Shown: positions 14,725 through 30,049, numbered from the stretch's first letter. The stretch is 64,000 nucleotides of DNA from Balanoglossus misakiensis (GCA_040954595.2 CM082577.2:11751654-11815653), one strand, 5' to 3'. Program-made: numbers and translations. The notes: generated by a model from the sequence alone, not told the origin.

Positions 14725-17700
14725 CTGTTCGTGTATCGAATCACACGTAAAGTACATCTTTGTTCGCCCAATCCTTGGTTTCTTGATAAACGCGTCGGCC
14801 ACTTAGTTACAGTCATCTTCGTCACCGTGGTGACTCACTGCGTGTAACAAAAGCATTAGGAGAAGTCAGTCAGTGTGTGAAGAGCTTGGGACTATTGATT
14901 TGTTGGATTTCCATGGCTCTGCTGCAGCCATGCATTATTGTCCCTGCCACACTGGGACTTGTAGTTGTATATATCCAAGTTAACTTCCCATCAAATCGTA
15001 CAAAGCCCCCAAGCAAAGAAATACTCGCGCAGCTTATACCAAAAATCTAGAAATTTGCCGCTATCTGCCTTGTTTTGCTCTTGCAAATCACCGCAGCTAA
15101 GTCGTTTGAAGTGCTTTCGGGGCATTAGTTAAAGAAACTGGCACCGAGTTTAATGTGGCCAAATAAGTCTGAAATTTGTATACAAGTATCGGGTTACCCG
15201 GACTCGGGGATTTCACCGTGCCCAGACTGTTGTGCGTTAATTCAATTCTAACCTTGCCGGGGCAGTTGACTAAGCTTTCTCTCAGCTTTCTCAAAAGGCA
15301 ACGTGCGACATGTTTGGCGCAGACACACACATGCACGCACGCAACTGTTCACCGTTTCACAAGTTTTGGCAAGTGTATATTAAAGGCAACAACGACCTCT
15401 TCTCTCAAATTACAATTCTGTCAACTGAATGACTTGTGGTCGGGAAACAATCATCATCACCGCCTGTGGGCAAATGTGTGAAGCAATGCTGGGAATTTCG
15501 TCCTGCTCGCTTGTTGGTGCGGGGCTATGCTCTATCTCATTTACAATCGCACCAAGCCTTCAGTGTAAATCCCTTGTCTATTCTCCGCCCAAATTTGATT
15601 GCAAGTTTTTTCGCAGTGTGTAAGCCCCTGCCTCCATTGCAGAACTTATTATTCAATTTGGGACGGCTGATCAATGAAAATAGGGGATTGTCTAGTTTTA
15701 TTGCTGGTTCAACGGGTATACATGCAGTATGGCGTTCCACAAAAAAAAATCTCCAGGGGAAAATTAAATTTAGCGTGAAGAACCCTGTGTGAATGTTAAG
15801 TAGGATAAGAGGTTAGTTGGTGTGGTGTGGTGTATTTTGCAAAGAAACTGAAATTGGGCATTGGGCAGGGGGAACCAATAAAATGATTTTTTTGAAGCCA
15901 CCAGTAGTGGCAAATAAGCTTGCTCAGAAACCCTGTGCTGATTGCACAGATGTAAAGAGGAAATCTTCAAGATGAGAGCTTATAGACAAGCGACAGTGAC
16001 CGACCTCTGCTAAGTTTTTCACATCAATCAGAGACACGAACTGCTGTGAGTGACTCTCTCCTGACATAGGCTTCATGGAGGATTTAATGACAAATGGGTC
16101 TGTTTGCTCAGTTCACCTCAAAACAAGGTCCTTATATTCCGGTACATTTAACCTGTGCAGGAAATTGGGGACACGCTCCCCATGCTGCGAATCTCAGAGA
16201 GAAACCTGGCAAAGCAAAAAAGTGGTTCAGACAGGAAACCTGAATTGATTTGACTCTTCCTGCTCTGTCTCTCTGAGGAAAAAGTTTCCTGATGTCGTTG
16301 GTTTTGTACCGTTTTCCGGTATTTGTCTGAGATTTTCGTACTGAGAGATATTTCAATATTTGCCAGCTGCTTGCATTGATGATAGCATGTTGAGTGTGGA
16401 CAGGTCAGAGCAAAAAAAAAAATGATGGGACATCGGGAGAGCTGATCAGTCATGAAATAATTATGCCCAGCAGCAAAGTGCATTGATCCAGTACAAACTA
16501 GAATAAAGGAAACATGCAATTAAAAACATGGACTTGTCCAAGAGAAAGAAGTTTTCCCAGTGCAGTAAAGCCTGTCTTCGAAACCAATAAGTAGGCCACT
16601 AGTTTATAGTGAAGATCAGTTTCTTTACGTGCCCTAATAGTCTCTGAGTTTTGTTGCCTATACATGTACATGTATTTTAGGTTTGCCTATCAGGGAACAT
16701 TTTCCAATCTGTAACTTTTGACTGTTTTTCAGTATTTCTGTCTGTGTGCCATACTATACATAATGGAACAAGAAAGTGTACAGCTAATACATGAAACAAA
16801 AAGAAATCGCCAAACCTCAGAGTTACAATAGACGCTGAAAAACTGGCGATAACACAGGGGCCATGTAGGTTTGTTGACGGTTGCTATGTCTATCAAGTTT
16901 TATCAGCAACTGCCAGCAAAGGTGAGAGTGTTTCTCAGTAACTTGACCCCTGCAAAGGTCAAATAAGTCTTCAATAATGACATTTCTACCCAATTTGAAT
17001 GTCCAATTTTCTCTGACTAACAAACTGGGGAAATCGATGTTGTGTTATTGAAGTCAAGGTAAATTCCACGTTCTGCACATGTATAACCGTTATTAGGAAA
17101 TAAGGCTGTGTAGACAGAACAAAATTAAATGAATCTGAGGGTTTGAGGTGAAACGTGTAATTTGAGCTGTTTCTGCGTTATTACTGTTGGCAAGGTAATA
17201 GCGTCTGAAATTCCATCTAAGACAAACACAAAGATGGTTGTATTGGCTTTCTTGCCAGCTAAATTAGTCCCCTACAGACAAAGTTCGAAGGGCCGTGGAT
17301 TTGGCTCCTGTCTGTGTGTCCTGAACATATGTGTCTGAACAGATTTCATTCAAACTCGGAATATACATTTTGTGATGCATTTTTTCACAGCCTGGCTATG
17401 ACTCAGACATCCCTATTAATCAGCATTGTTCAGAAATTTGATTTGGCAATGCAGTACATACTGTATGACATGCCGTATTCATGTCAAGTTCTTTGATGAT
17501 AATTGTTTCATAACAGGATCCATTATGAATGCTTTGTGGCCATTTTATTGCAAAATCTTTCCTGCCATTATTCAGATATATAGCTTAATAACATTCCAGT
17601 TTGGTGCAAGGACACCAGAAAGTGACTAGTCAACTTGTCCACTTTCTCATGTTCAATTCCATTACACCGACGATGACTGGCTCCAGTGGTTTCTAAATCT

Positions 17701-19834
17701 GTTGATTCAGTGGTGACTACGTCATTCATAATGACCAAAACACGCTATGCTAAAATACAGAGTAAATGAACAGGTGAAAATTTATCAGCTAATCCACTTG
17801 GAATGTCTTAGTTTTTCTGTTGCCATGTTTTAAATGTTCTCGCTCATTCGAGAAGTATTTCTATTCATTGTACATTGGATTTGTCCTTCATTCCAGGTCT
17901 TGGTAAAAATACTAGAAAAATTTAGCGAAACATTTTTAGGTTTTCCCCAGTGGACAGGTAGTACTCTAGATTGTCATGTGACTGAATGCTCAGCTGTGGC
18001 ACCATTTCACATTTACTGTTTATCAGATGTAGATGTCAAACGTTCTTTGCTGCAGAATGTATAGAGACCAGCAAATCTCGCCCCATATCTCTGAGGAGAC
18101 GTGCAGTTCCTTTGTAAAGCTTTGATTTTCATTCACACTCGTGTCAGACTGCGCTCTTTGATTATATTTAATAAACCAATGCAGCCACTTTCTTGGAGAG
18201 ATTTCAATGAGAGAATTAAATGGCCTAAGACTTACACAGATATTTGCGGTTCAAAGTAGCTGCCAAACTCTATTGAGTAGATTATAATCACAAGGCTTAC
18301 GTTTTCAGAATTACTTTGTACAAATTGTATTCGGCAAAATTCTCCTCATAGTCATGAAATTGATGAATATACACATATTTTTATGCTTCTGTTGAATCAA
18401 ATGCATTAGATAACACTTTTTATGACAAATAGGCAAAAGTTTTCACAAATAACAAGGAGTTTTGAAAACGACACTAGCAAACGGTCTTCACCACTGATGT
18501 GTGCATGAGTTCTTCATTTCTACTGAAAACAAAATGTGAGAAAGTCAAACATGTCCCTACAGGACAGGGATTCAGTGATCAACTCTTTTTTGTGCACTTG
18601 TTGTCTGGGGCCCCCTTACATCAACATCTCAGTTATAGGTTGTAGTTGATACTGAGTTACGGTTGGCTGGGCTCTCAAAGCATTCTACAATAGGCTTCAA
18701 GGCAGGTCTGCTAAAACACCACGGTTAGGGTGTCACTAGATGCCTTGCATACCTTCAGTTGTCGCACTCACAGACCTGTTGGGGGGGGGGGGGGACTGCC
18801 CCAGAAGTATCAAAGACTGCAGTATTGAACTTTAATTTCTGGTATATTGTGAACCACTTTTACTTTCAACTGCTATGTATAACTATCCATAAAGTGTTCA
18901 GCGCTTTTCGAAATCTGGTTTGTGGAATTATGAAGATTGATGTTATTTTCACCTCGTATTGTCCGTTTGTGATAGTTTATATTTGAGAGGAGCTATTGTT
19001 TTGGCTGGAGGTATCAATTCCTGGGAAAATGGCTCTTACAGTAAAAGGTGCTTTACCCCCTGATGTGAACAATAAGTAAAGGCGTCTGTGTAGGCCGATT
19101 GGACAAAGTTATTAAATAATCTAAAGTTTTTAAAGAAAAATTGTCTTTGAAAGAATTAAAAGAAAAATTGTATTTGTCGATATTGATGTAGTGTAATGTA
19201 TTATGGTGGGCATTTGTGATAAAGCTGTGAGAACATTTGACCATTTAATAATAAAAGGGGAATTAAAAAAAATGTAATTATCAAAGAAACCAAGAAATAT
19301 TTTTCTTGTGTAACTAGTTAGATTCCATGCATCTTTTGGGAGTGAAAGTGCATCCTGGAATCCCTTGATGTGAAATAAGTAATAGTAAGTTGTGAAAAAT
19401 CCCTGCTTTAATTCAATGAGCATAACAAAAAAGGGAATTCAGAATATGGACTGAGAAGTTTTGATTTCTGTGTTTGCAAGTACATAAATCAGTTATGAAT
19501 CGTAAAAGGGGGGGGGGGGGGAAACATTCACAGACGAGCCGAACCTGATAACGGACACCTCCATCAACCAATTGTGATTGATATGTAAATGAAGGTGACA
19601 GGCGGTCAATTATAAACCGATTGTGGAAAGAAGGATTACAATGGCGTATTTACAGGACAAGCTGTGGCCAATGTACACAAAGCGCTAGTATCGGATGAAT
19701 CAGGATTTCTCGGTCTTTTTCCCCCTCACTCTGAAGTCAATGTGTGGACGGTTTTGCGAGCCGACAACGTGGATTTTTTTCTGTCTGTGTGTGTGATTTA
19801 AGACACTGAGAGCGGTTGTACTACTAGCAACAAC

Positions 19835-19948
19835 ATGCATCATCACCATCATCTTATGTACTGTACACAGTGTCAAATGCCTCCCCCTCCCCCTCCGGGA
19901 CCGCATGGGGTGCCGCAGCCGATGCACGCTCACAAACCGATGATTGCA
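19835..19948 (+). CDS. RBFOX: Alternative first coding exon 1c (MHHHHHLMYCTQCQMPPPPPPGPHGVPQPMHAHKPMIA)
   Basis: ACAACATG start, His/Pro-rich coding-like sequence, GCA|GTAAGT phase-0 donor. Confidence 0.75.
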
Positions 19949-22900
19949 GTAAGTTTTGCTTTCCTCTGTCGTAATCGTTTAGTCTCCAACATTGTGACAG
20001 CATTTTTTTTTTTTTTTGCCTCCACAAATGTCTGGGCAAGTCTGCCTTGCGTTCACTGAATTATACCAGCCTCTGAATGTTTCTCTCTATATTAGAGTGG
20101 TCAATATGCAGCATTTAACAAATCAACCATGAAAAGTAGGGAAAAGGCTATTTGAAGTCATGTTTAAAGCAATTATTCTGTAAGGAGAAGATGTAAAAAC
20201 TGCTTTCTATGAAGGCACACCGGTACCAGCCATATTCACTCCATAAAGTAAAATTCTCATATACTCTAAGTGTTTTTGATATCATGCAGAAAAAATAAAA
20301 ATGGCTTAGAAGTCCCAACTATAAATTTGGTGCACATGTTGAATTTCGTGATGATTACATATGGCTTATCCTTTCTAAGCATTTATTTACATGTATATCC
20401 AGTTCCAGTTCAAATTGGTCTTCTTTCAGTCCCATGTTTGTCTAAATATACCTTGCGGTTCCTTTTTCAGAATGGTAATAAGATTGAAATATTCTGTATT
20501 TTATAATTGCTAAGCGTACTCCAAATCAAGTATTGTTTAATTGTTTTTTGGGGGGTTTTAAAATTATTTTTCACATCACTGAAAAAAGAGAGCATTTATT
20601 AGATCACAAGCCACGTCGATCAGTCCATTTTTGCTTCCAAGGCAACTTGTTTATCTTCCTTCCTGCCAACATCCCAAATCTGGTAACTACACCATGTGGT
20701 ATGCTGATCTATGATATTAATAGCTCATTATTATTTCCAAAGTTTATTTCGGACTACCAAGGCTTGACTTTATTTTTAGAAGCTAAACTTATGAGATAAT
20801 CATGTAATCACCAAGCAGATTTTTGATAATTTTAATTTTACTCAAATTTGTCCTCTGTGCAAATGTTTACAGAAGCAGACTATAAAAGAGGATTTTGTTT
20901 GTAGAAAAGTGGATTTTTTTTTCTGATACAAAATTCATGTTCAAGTGCCTTGTAAACCCCAAAAAGAGGAAATCGCTGATTTCCTTAGTGGGTGAACTGA
21001 AAAATCACTGAACCATGTAAGATTTCAAGGATTGGAGGGGGAGGGAGGCTTAATAAAAGGGGGTGTGATGGGGGAGGGAGGAATGAGAGTGTCGAACAAA
21101 AGACATTATTTCCTTCAAGTAAGCTGCTGTGTCTGCGCGATAAACAAGACACAAAAGGTAGATAATTGGTGGTTGTATCTGCACCATGTGCAGCAATAAA
21201 GAAACGTGTCACAGCTTTGGCTGCATGGCGATGGCTGTTTAATAGTCGCACTACTACGTGGTCTCATAGAGACATCAAAGCTCGGACGTGCGGCAAGTGT
21301 GGAGGGGATTAAAACCCGTGTGACACGACGAACGTCTTTTTCGTCACCGTCACTGCGCCCGGGGAATCGACCTCAGCTGACTCTCAATTTGTTCATTGTT
21401 ACTTGAGCAGCCACTCACACTGGCACAGGCTTCTGTCTTTCCGCCTCGTTTCAATCGCACTGAATGGAAAGACTTGTGTGTGCGGCATTTCTGTTTACTC
21501 GCCTTTTCACCTGGAGTGCCTTTGAGGGCCGCAGGAATCACACCGTCGGCATTGTTTGATTTCTCGGGGCCAAGTCAACTTCTTAGAGAACAAACTATAA
21601 AAGCACTATGTTAAGTCACTTTGATCCCGAATGTTTTTCTCTGTTTTAATGTGACTTTAAGCCCTTTGGGGTGAAACCATAACAAGAGGGGCAATCAAAA
21701 GGAAAAGACCCCTTTTCAGATAAACAGCAGTTTCAATCATACCCTTCTGGGGATTAGTACATTTTGTAATATTTACTATGATGAGATAGTCGGTGTTTTC
21801 ACACTGACATCTCAGAAATTATAACTTCAGCGGTTTCTGGAGGAAATCCCCCCCAAAACAATTACTTGCAGGCAAACTGAAGCAAAAAATGTTGATGACA
21901 GTTGTTTTCTAAACTTTACACGGGAATCGATGGTTATTCCTGAAAATAGAAAATGTTTTTAGTCTGTTATGTGATTCATACACAAATATTATTTTCATGA
22001 AAGTTGACTGAGCCTAAATGCTTCCATGACGTAGTACATTGAATGTGACTCAGTTTGTGATGTCTTGCTTGCAAATTGTATATCTGCAAAGACTTTTTTA
22101 TAACAAAATATTTCATGACTTTCCTATTATGACATGTATTTATTGCTTTGAATAATAATAGTCTATATAATTTATACATTGAAACTTCTAAGTGGTGTGG
22201 ATTTTTATTTTCAATATAAGAAGTGATGTTGATTAAAACTTGAAATTCATTCTTTAATGATTTATAGGGGCAACAGCATTAACTTTTCATATTACTTGAA
22301 TATTTAGGTTATTTTCATTTCCCTTTCATTGAATTGTTGTTTTCTATAGCTGAACTCATATCCTGTATATACATAACATTGTAGGCAAAACATGCGAATA
22401 CCAAGGCATATGTACCGGGGGTATATTCTATGAGAGCATGAATTTCACAGAACAATTTTCCTTTGACTTGGAATTTCCACAGCAAAAATCACATCTTTTT
22501 TTCGGGTCGCGTTTGCCAACTGAGTCAGCTATGATTTCATTTATTTATTGTGGTAACATCAAATAGAAATTTGATTGGTCGTTGTAATTCTGACACAGCT
22601 GACACATTGGGATCAGGACCTGTCAATCATTCCCAAGTGATTGCTATGGCAACGACTGTGCTCTGCCTAATAACAGCAATTAAAAATTATAAATTTGAGT
22701 ACAGATTTCAGGGTGCTTGTGTGATTTAATTCTCAGCGTTAGAATTTCAAATGTAATGTAGTTAATTAATAATTATTTTGTGAATTTCTTTGTTTTCAAC
22801 TAGTTAGAATGAAGGCCATTTGCTGCTTGGGATAACCAACAGCTGATACTAGTCTACTCTAGTAAATAAATCACAAACAACAAACATGCCAGCCATCTTT

Positions 22901-24969
22901 AATTCTCTGTTATTAATATACCGAACATTGGCCATCATTAATTTCCGAGATATAAAAATAATTCTGATTTAATATTTTTAGGCAGATACCTCATCTACCC
23001 ATAAACTTTCTAGGTTAAAATACTCAGACAGGGCATTTAGAATTCAGTTGTTGGCCGGGTTTATTACTATGATATGCACGGAAGCTGTGATTTTGTGTTT
23101 TATGTATTCATTGGAAACAAAGATTGGGTCAACTGTAGCAATTTATTTATGAAAGCGATGGAACATGCTAATATTGAAACTGAGGGTGTGAACTGTGGGT
23201 CAAATATTAGTCATTAAATTTATATAGTACATGTAGATCAGTGAAAGTATGTGGGAGCAACTGCATTTGGACTGTTGGAGGCCTTTATCATGTCTACATA
23301 TCACGGCTGATTTTCCAAGTTCTGTGAATAGGGATTTCTGTAGTATCACAACTACTGTAAGTTTAGGCTTTTGATTTAGAATCCAGAGTAAGATAAAACT
23401 TATACTCCTTTTTCAAGTTGTTGTAAGAGCTGGGATTTTCTAAATATGGTAGACGTCTGCAGATGATACAATTGTATTCATGAGAAAATTTAAGACATCA
23501 GACGGGGTATACATGTAAGGATAAAGTACATCATGTTTAATGATATCTTCATTTTTAATAACAAAAACTCCAAGACTGAAGCCATAATTTATTCAAACAT
23601 CTAAAAATGGGTTGGGTTTGGGGGCAAAAAGTTGTGTAGTACTGAGGAAAAAAATTCACCTGACCAAATTTGACAGTCATGTAGGACCTAGGTCAAGTTT
23701 TGTGTTGGCCACATTTAGGGTTAGGGGTCCTTGGTAGTTTGTGCTTACCGAAGTCTGAAATAATGTGAATTAATTACCATCAAGATCTGCCTTTTTTTTT
23801 CTTCTTCAAAAGCTTTCATTGAACTGTTTTAAATTTGACTCAATAAAACTGTCCCATAAAATAGTCTGGAATTGCCAGGTCAAGTGTTCAGACAGAATTT
23901 TACATACATCATATTGTTCAGTACAATAATGTGTCGTTTTGTCAGCATTGTTGGATGAAAAGATGATAAAAACATTAAATAGATGTAAAAATCATGTACC
24001 AATTTATCTGCGCGGGGTACAAGCTGTTACCAGATTAAGCGTACCTCCCTTGAATTTACAGCCATTTGTGTCCTGCCTGGGATACTAGAATGGCAGAGAA
24101 TATACTGTGAACAAAATCAACACACAGAGGGGTGGGATTTCAATATGGGAGTGCAGTTGGAGGGCTTGTACACTCCTCTCTGAAGTTGACGAATATTTTA
24201 GTATTTGGTGAATTCACAGAAGAGTAGTTAAAATGTGACATATTAATAGTCCGGTATACCTGAGAGCAATTTGCATAATGCCCTCTGCAATATGCTGACG
24301 ACTGTAATCCATAAAAGAAACAGCTGTGCTCACTGAAAACACACTATTCAAAAAATAGAAGAAAAAAAAGCAAAACTGCTTTCGCTTGTGTCAAAAATAT
24401 CATTCCCTTTAATGGCTTTGTGGAGAGCGCAAAGCTGAGTGATTTTTCGTCCAGTTCCTTAGCCTCCTGTGAAGTGTTTGGTGTCATGTGACATGATTCG
24501 ACCAATCCAGATGATGCAGACCGCAAGGGATCCCGTGTATCTTTTGGTACACCTGCAAAATTGTTACATGATAATGTGAATGTTTTGCAGACATGTCATG
24601 AGTTTTGCGGATGCGAGTGCCGAGACTCTATTGTAACACCAGACACAGCTTTTCGATAAGATTAGGACTAGGCGAGATACTAGTCAGGAATATCGACTTT
24701 TGTGAAGGTTCATGCTTATCCCCTGAAAGTAATTTGTTTTATTCCCTACCAGGTTTTTGTTCCCGATGTTCTGTGTTGTAAGTTTAATTGAATCATGATT
24801 TATGTTGGGAACATTGCCTGTGCATGGTAGTGGCAATAATGTGCAGCCCTTGTTACATCAGGACATTCCCTCTTGTATGGATGACAGCATCGCTTGCATT
24901 ATCACGCCTGATTCTAAAGCACTGGTCAGTCTAACATGTTTTCTCTCTCTGTCTCTGCTTGATTTCCAG

Positions 24970-25272
24970 CACCCAATACACATGGCTGGACAGCCACAGT
25001 TGGCGCCAGCGCCCGCAGCATACCCACCACCACAACAGTACCCACAGAATGGGCTGGACTACCCGCAGCCCGGTCAGCCAGCCTTTGTGGCCCCACCTCA
25101 GACGCCGACCCAGGCAGAGCAGCCAGCATACAGCCAGCCGCCACAAGAAGTCCAGCCGCCATACAGCCAGCCGCAACCAGTCGAGCCAGCGGCCTACGTC
25201 AGTCAACCACCGCCGCCACAGGGTACCACAGCCAGTGACCAAACCACACAACCTACATATGTCCAACAAACG
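24970..25272 (+). CDS. RBFOX: RBFOX exon, Pro/Gln/Ala/Tyr-rich N-terminal region
   Basis: Pyrimidine tract plus TTCCAG| acceptor, ACG|GTAAGT donor, 303 nt, phase 0-0; encodes HPIHMAGQPQ...YVQQT. Confidence 0.9.
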
Positions 25273-26865
25273 GTAAGTCAAGACTTCCTTTTTTCAAAAT
25301 TATCAAAATTGTAAAAAAACAAACAAAATTTCAGTACAAGGTAGAGGCTTTTGTGATACTTGTGTGTGTTTGTGTGTGTGTGTCTATTAGCTGTAAATTT
25401 TGTTCTTAATTTTTAGTAAATAAAAAGAAAACATCTTTTTAACATCAATTTAACAATATGAAATATTAGACTCTCTGTGATATTTGCTGTGGCAAACTTA
25501 ATAGGCATGATTTTATACATATTTCACGAATAGACTTTTCTTATAGTTCCACCATGATCGAGGGTACTACCTAATGTCCATCATAAGGGACAGACCATTT
25601 GATATTCTGGGAGGGGCTAAGAAAGTTGAGTTTGTGGTAGAAATATGTTTAGAGTAACCATTTTATTTGATTTCACATCCTTTCAATGGGTGCAGTCTAT
25701 AAAAATGGAAACATCATTGATACTTTTCCGTTTAATGATTAGTTTTGTCTTCCATTATTATGATGCGCCATTTTAAAAGCGTGTTTATTTATGATATAAA
25801 ATTGAGCCATTCGTAGTGAAATCTGGATCCCATCACAATCAATGGTATTGTCCAATGTAGTCTGAAGAACGAACAGCAAAACAATAGTGTGATTACACTG
25901 TATAGTGAATCTATAACTTAAAATCCTCGTGGAGCAAAACTCTGGCGAGTTTTTAAAAAAGCGTTGTCATGGAAACTGTTCGGAGGCAGGCAGTTCATTA
26001 AATTGCAATAATCCTGGAGCGAGTTTTTCGACTGTCACTGAGGAACGATCAGAACGGTTCCAAGTGACCCCAGATTAAACCCCGATACCTTTCCAACTGA
26101 CAGAGTGGCACAAAATGACAGGGGTGAGGGAGGTATTCAGTCTCCAGTGACAGCGAATGAAGTCTGATATGTGTGGGCTGATACTGATAGCAATCCGCAT
26201 ACTCAGAGATGGATCTTATGCGAGTGCTATTCTGAAACGAAACCCTATCAAAACACTTTCAATTTTTAATCTCTCCAACACTCCGGAGGTGTTTACATTT
26301 AATATTGCAGCTGAAAGGCAGGCAAATGTGGAATGCTGAATTGCTCGAATAATTGGTCGGCCTATAAATTGGCAAGTCGGATGAAGTTAATTTATGAAAC
26401 GGGTATTAAAATTTAAACGTGGCATGATCGTGTGTGCTTGTTTGCAGATGTTACAAACACGTATTGTGCGTGATGCACCAGTGAAATATTAAAGCAATGG
26501 TGTATTGTTCTTTTCTTGCTGATGAAATGGCCAATGCCACGGATTTGTATCAAAGTCCTAGTCACATTGACACTGAAAGAAAATCAGGCCATGAGATTGT
26601 GATTTTATCTAGCGTTGCATGTTCTAGCAGTATAACAAACCAGGACCTACATTCAGGGTTAATGTGCTGGAGTTGAAAACATTCCTGGAAAGTGCCGAAA
26701 AAATGAGGTTTACCCCCCAAAATTATGCATGTACATGTATGTAGTACATGTATACACACACACATACACACATATATATGTATGAAATGTAACACAAATA
26801 CATGTACGCACATGAGAACATAATATTGATAAATGATATCTCTATCCACCCATCCATCCATACAC

Positions 26866-26946
26866 GTACATACATACATACATACATACATACATACATA
26901 CATACATACATACATACATACATACATACATGTACATACATACATA
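26866..26946. repeat. (TACA)n microsatellite
   Basis: Visible tetramer array. Confidence 0.95.
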
Positions 26947-27679
26947 CCATGTATATGGATGACAATTTATTAATTTTTAAATTGGGTACATGCATCGTTG
27001 CACAATTAGTTATCTCACCATGAATGTGTTTTTATTTCACAAGATTTGCATTGAGTCTAATGCAGTATTAAAATGTTTAAACTTTAAGTCATACTAGTAA
27101 ATTTTAAACATTTTTTGGTGATAACATATGACTAAAAATAGATTCACCATTTTACCTCTCAATAGAAAAAAGTACATGTACTATACATCTATCAAATAAA
27201 CAGAGAACCTTTGAGTATATTGCTATATTATGAAATGAATGGCCATGCTCTGTGCTGAAATGAGATTCATTTGCAATTAAATGCCAGTTGCCAATTTCTA
27301 ATGAGAAAAAACACCAAAAAATACAACAGAGAAAAGGCCCTCGTTATCTTTGCCATTGTTGTCGGGGAAATTGATGTGCCGCTGTTCAGCAGCTGAAAGA
27401 AAACCCTGCAATGTTAGCCCAGTAAATAGATGCCCGCGTTCGTTCGCTCGCGTTTAGGGCCGCTTAATCAGATGTCAGTGCGGGCTGTATACTTTCCATG
27501 GGGCTGGTCACATGACCCGGGCAGCTGAACTGTGTCACGCATCTCATCATCATCGGGGCGCTTGCTCATTTCCGCATGTTGGATGCAAGACGGCCACAGT
27601 GAGTGTGTGTGGGTCCGTTCCTCCCCCCATCTCTACAGATATTTTACTGCATGTTTCCAAAACACCGGGCCTGGCTAGG

Positions 27680-27700
27680 ATGACTGAATCGTCCACAGAT
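27680..27700 (+). CDS. RBFOX: Candidate internal first exon 1d (MTESSTD; in-frame upstream ATG at 27512)
   Basis: AGGATG start, GAT|GTAAGT phase-0 donor about 0.8 kb before the RRM exon, in a CpG-richer patch (27430-27700). Confidence 0.45.
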
Positions 27701-28508
27701 GTAAGTTTGAGAGATGTGGTTGTTATGCGTACGTTGGTTGGGGATGGGGTGGATGACACTGATGGATAAAGAGCGTTTTTTGCAACATATGGTTGCCTAG
27801 AATCCTTGGTGTATGCAAAACCCATGGCTGTCATCCAAGGCTGTCAGCATGATGTAGGCTGCGATCAAGTTGCCTTTGTGCTTTTAGATGCTGGTTTTAA
27901 TCTGCACATGATTTTGGGGTAGTTGGAGAAACAAATATCTGTAAGAGAGTTTCCTCTTAAAGGCATATGTGTGTTTCTGCAGTGGAATGTTTTTATGCTA
28001 CATATACTTGTATGTACAGTGTGTGTGTGTGTTTTGCATATGTGTGTTCCCTAGATGTAGGGTGAGATGTTATAATATAATTTGATATCGCTTTTGTCCT
28101 GTGTTAAAAATGGGAAGAACATATGGTCATTGCCGTGTTTATATCTGGAGGCAATGCATGAGCTGTGTTGTACTTATTTGGCCTGAGTAATAGTGATATT
28201 GATGTTTTTACATCGTGAGAGGCTCAGCAATTTTCAGACTTAAATGGCAATTAGCTGCAAGACCAGTATCATTCTGTCCTATTTCACGCAGGCAATTATG
28301 AGGACTGTGCGATGATATTATCAATTTGTCAGTATGCAGACACACAGCACCAATATGCCATAATGTGTTAATTAATCGCACCGTTTTGACAATAATTCAT
28401 GAAATTCAAATTGACCTTGTATTTTAATGCAGCATATGCAAAAGTGTCGTTCATGTGCAGTGTTTTGTATCTAAACCCCTGTGTGTGTGTTTTTTTTGGT
28501 GCCTGCAG

Positions 28509-28649
28509 GTAGAGCAAGTAGTCAGCGCAGATGCGGCCAGCCAGCAAGCGAACTGCACAGGTCAAAAGACGGGGGACCAACCAAAGAGACTACATGTATC
28601 GAACATACCCTTCAGGTTCAGAGATCCCGATCTCAGGCAAATGTTTGGG
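28509..28649 (+). CDS. RBFOX: RBFOX exon, RRM start (RNP2)
   Basis: CTGCAG| VEQVV...[24 protein letters not shown] |GTAAGT. Confidence 0.97.
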
Positions 28650-30049
28650 GTAAGTGAGTGCTTTAATCAGGGATCGGGGGGAGGGGCGGGGGCAGCCTCT
28701 TGCCCCCCTGTTCAGATAACGATACCCCAAGACCTTCCCCCCATGCTGATGAATGGGTCCGGGTTGAAATGGAGGGTACACATATGGTAGTGGGCAATGC
28801 CGGTAACCTGAGAATGGAACGGGATATTGCCAGTGTTTGTTTCACGGTTGATATGCTAATTTTCTGAATCAATGTCTACAAAATGTGCGAAGTCACATTT
28901 TAGACTGACTCTGACACGCACTTTGATATTAAAACCACCGATCTGATTTCTCTGAATACCGCCTTAAGAAAATTGTCTGCGTTATACAAAGCAGGAAATG
29001 CTGGTGGAATAAAAAAATCCTGATAAAAAACAGAGTTAGGCAAATGTTTTCCTGAAAAGGATGAAGATTGCATTCACGTTTAGCATTAAGAACAGATGAA
29101 TGATAGATCCATGCTTCTTTTTGAATGATTCTTTCACGCGGAATTGGAATTTTCTGTCATGATACATAATTGTCAATATTTACTGTGGAAAAAATGCGTC
29201 TATGAAAATGAATCTATTCAAAGAGGACACTACAGTGCCATGTTTTATTCATTCTCGTAGCATAATCGACAAAGTCAGTTGTTTACCGATGAAGAGCGGA
29301 AAAGGGATAAATTTTTCAACGGTTCAAAATAGTTGAAAAAAGGGGTCATGGCAAGTCCTTGAAAAAAAGTAGTGAAATTTTATACCACTCTTGACGAGTC
29401 CTTGAAAAGTCGGCCTGCATGGGAAATGGAATTTCCTTCTACAAAGTTTATTGAAACTGTGTGTAGCTGTTATCCATCATCTATCAAATGTGAACGATTT
29501 TTGTGAAATAAACAGAGATTTCATACACATTCTTACACAAATCTGCTTGAAAACAGCATTTTTGAGCTCACACAGTCCTTGAAAAGCCCTAAAAATTCCT
29601 GGAAATTCTCCTAGTCTTGTTTGAGTGACACAGAGTATTAACCCTGGAAGGTGGCTTATTCACAACCCCCCCTAACCCCCTCAGCGCCTAGCACGACAAA
29701 AATTTGTTACTTCGCTCAACCGATCTAAAATATGAAACAGATACTCATGTGCCATGTTTAAGTAGTTTGCTTTTAGGAAAATCATTGTAAGTGGATGACA
29801 TCTGATAGTCTGAGGGTAATTAGAGTATCCCACCACTGTGAAAATGGAAGTCCGTGTCGGCCATTGTTTTTATCTAGGTTACTTCATCAGGTTTTTTGAC
29901 TGTCAGTTTTGTGAACTCAAACGTAATTGACATTTTGAAGTTGAGCCTTTTTCTGCTTCCAGGGTACATATCCAGAGAATCGTTTCAACTGAGGTTTTCG
30001 TAGAATGTTAATGCCCTCATTGAATGATGATGTACTTTTGTATTTGCAG

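Noticed and set aside
24926-25281. Overlapping antisense and alternate-frame ORFs on the P/Q-rich exon (also 37021-37375)
   Set aside because: Shadow ORFs of GC-rich real exons.
26562-27023. ORFs with MYVC/HTYI repeats
   Set aside because: Translations of the (TACA)n microsatellite.
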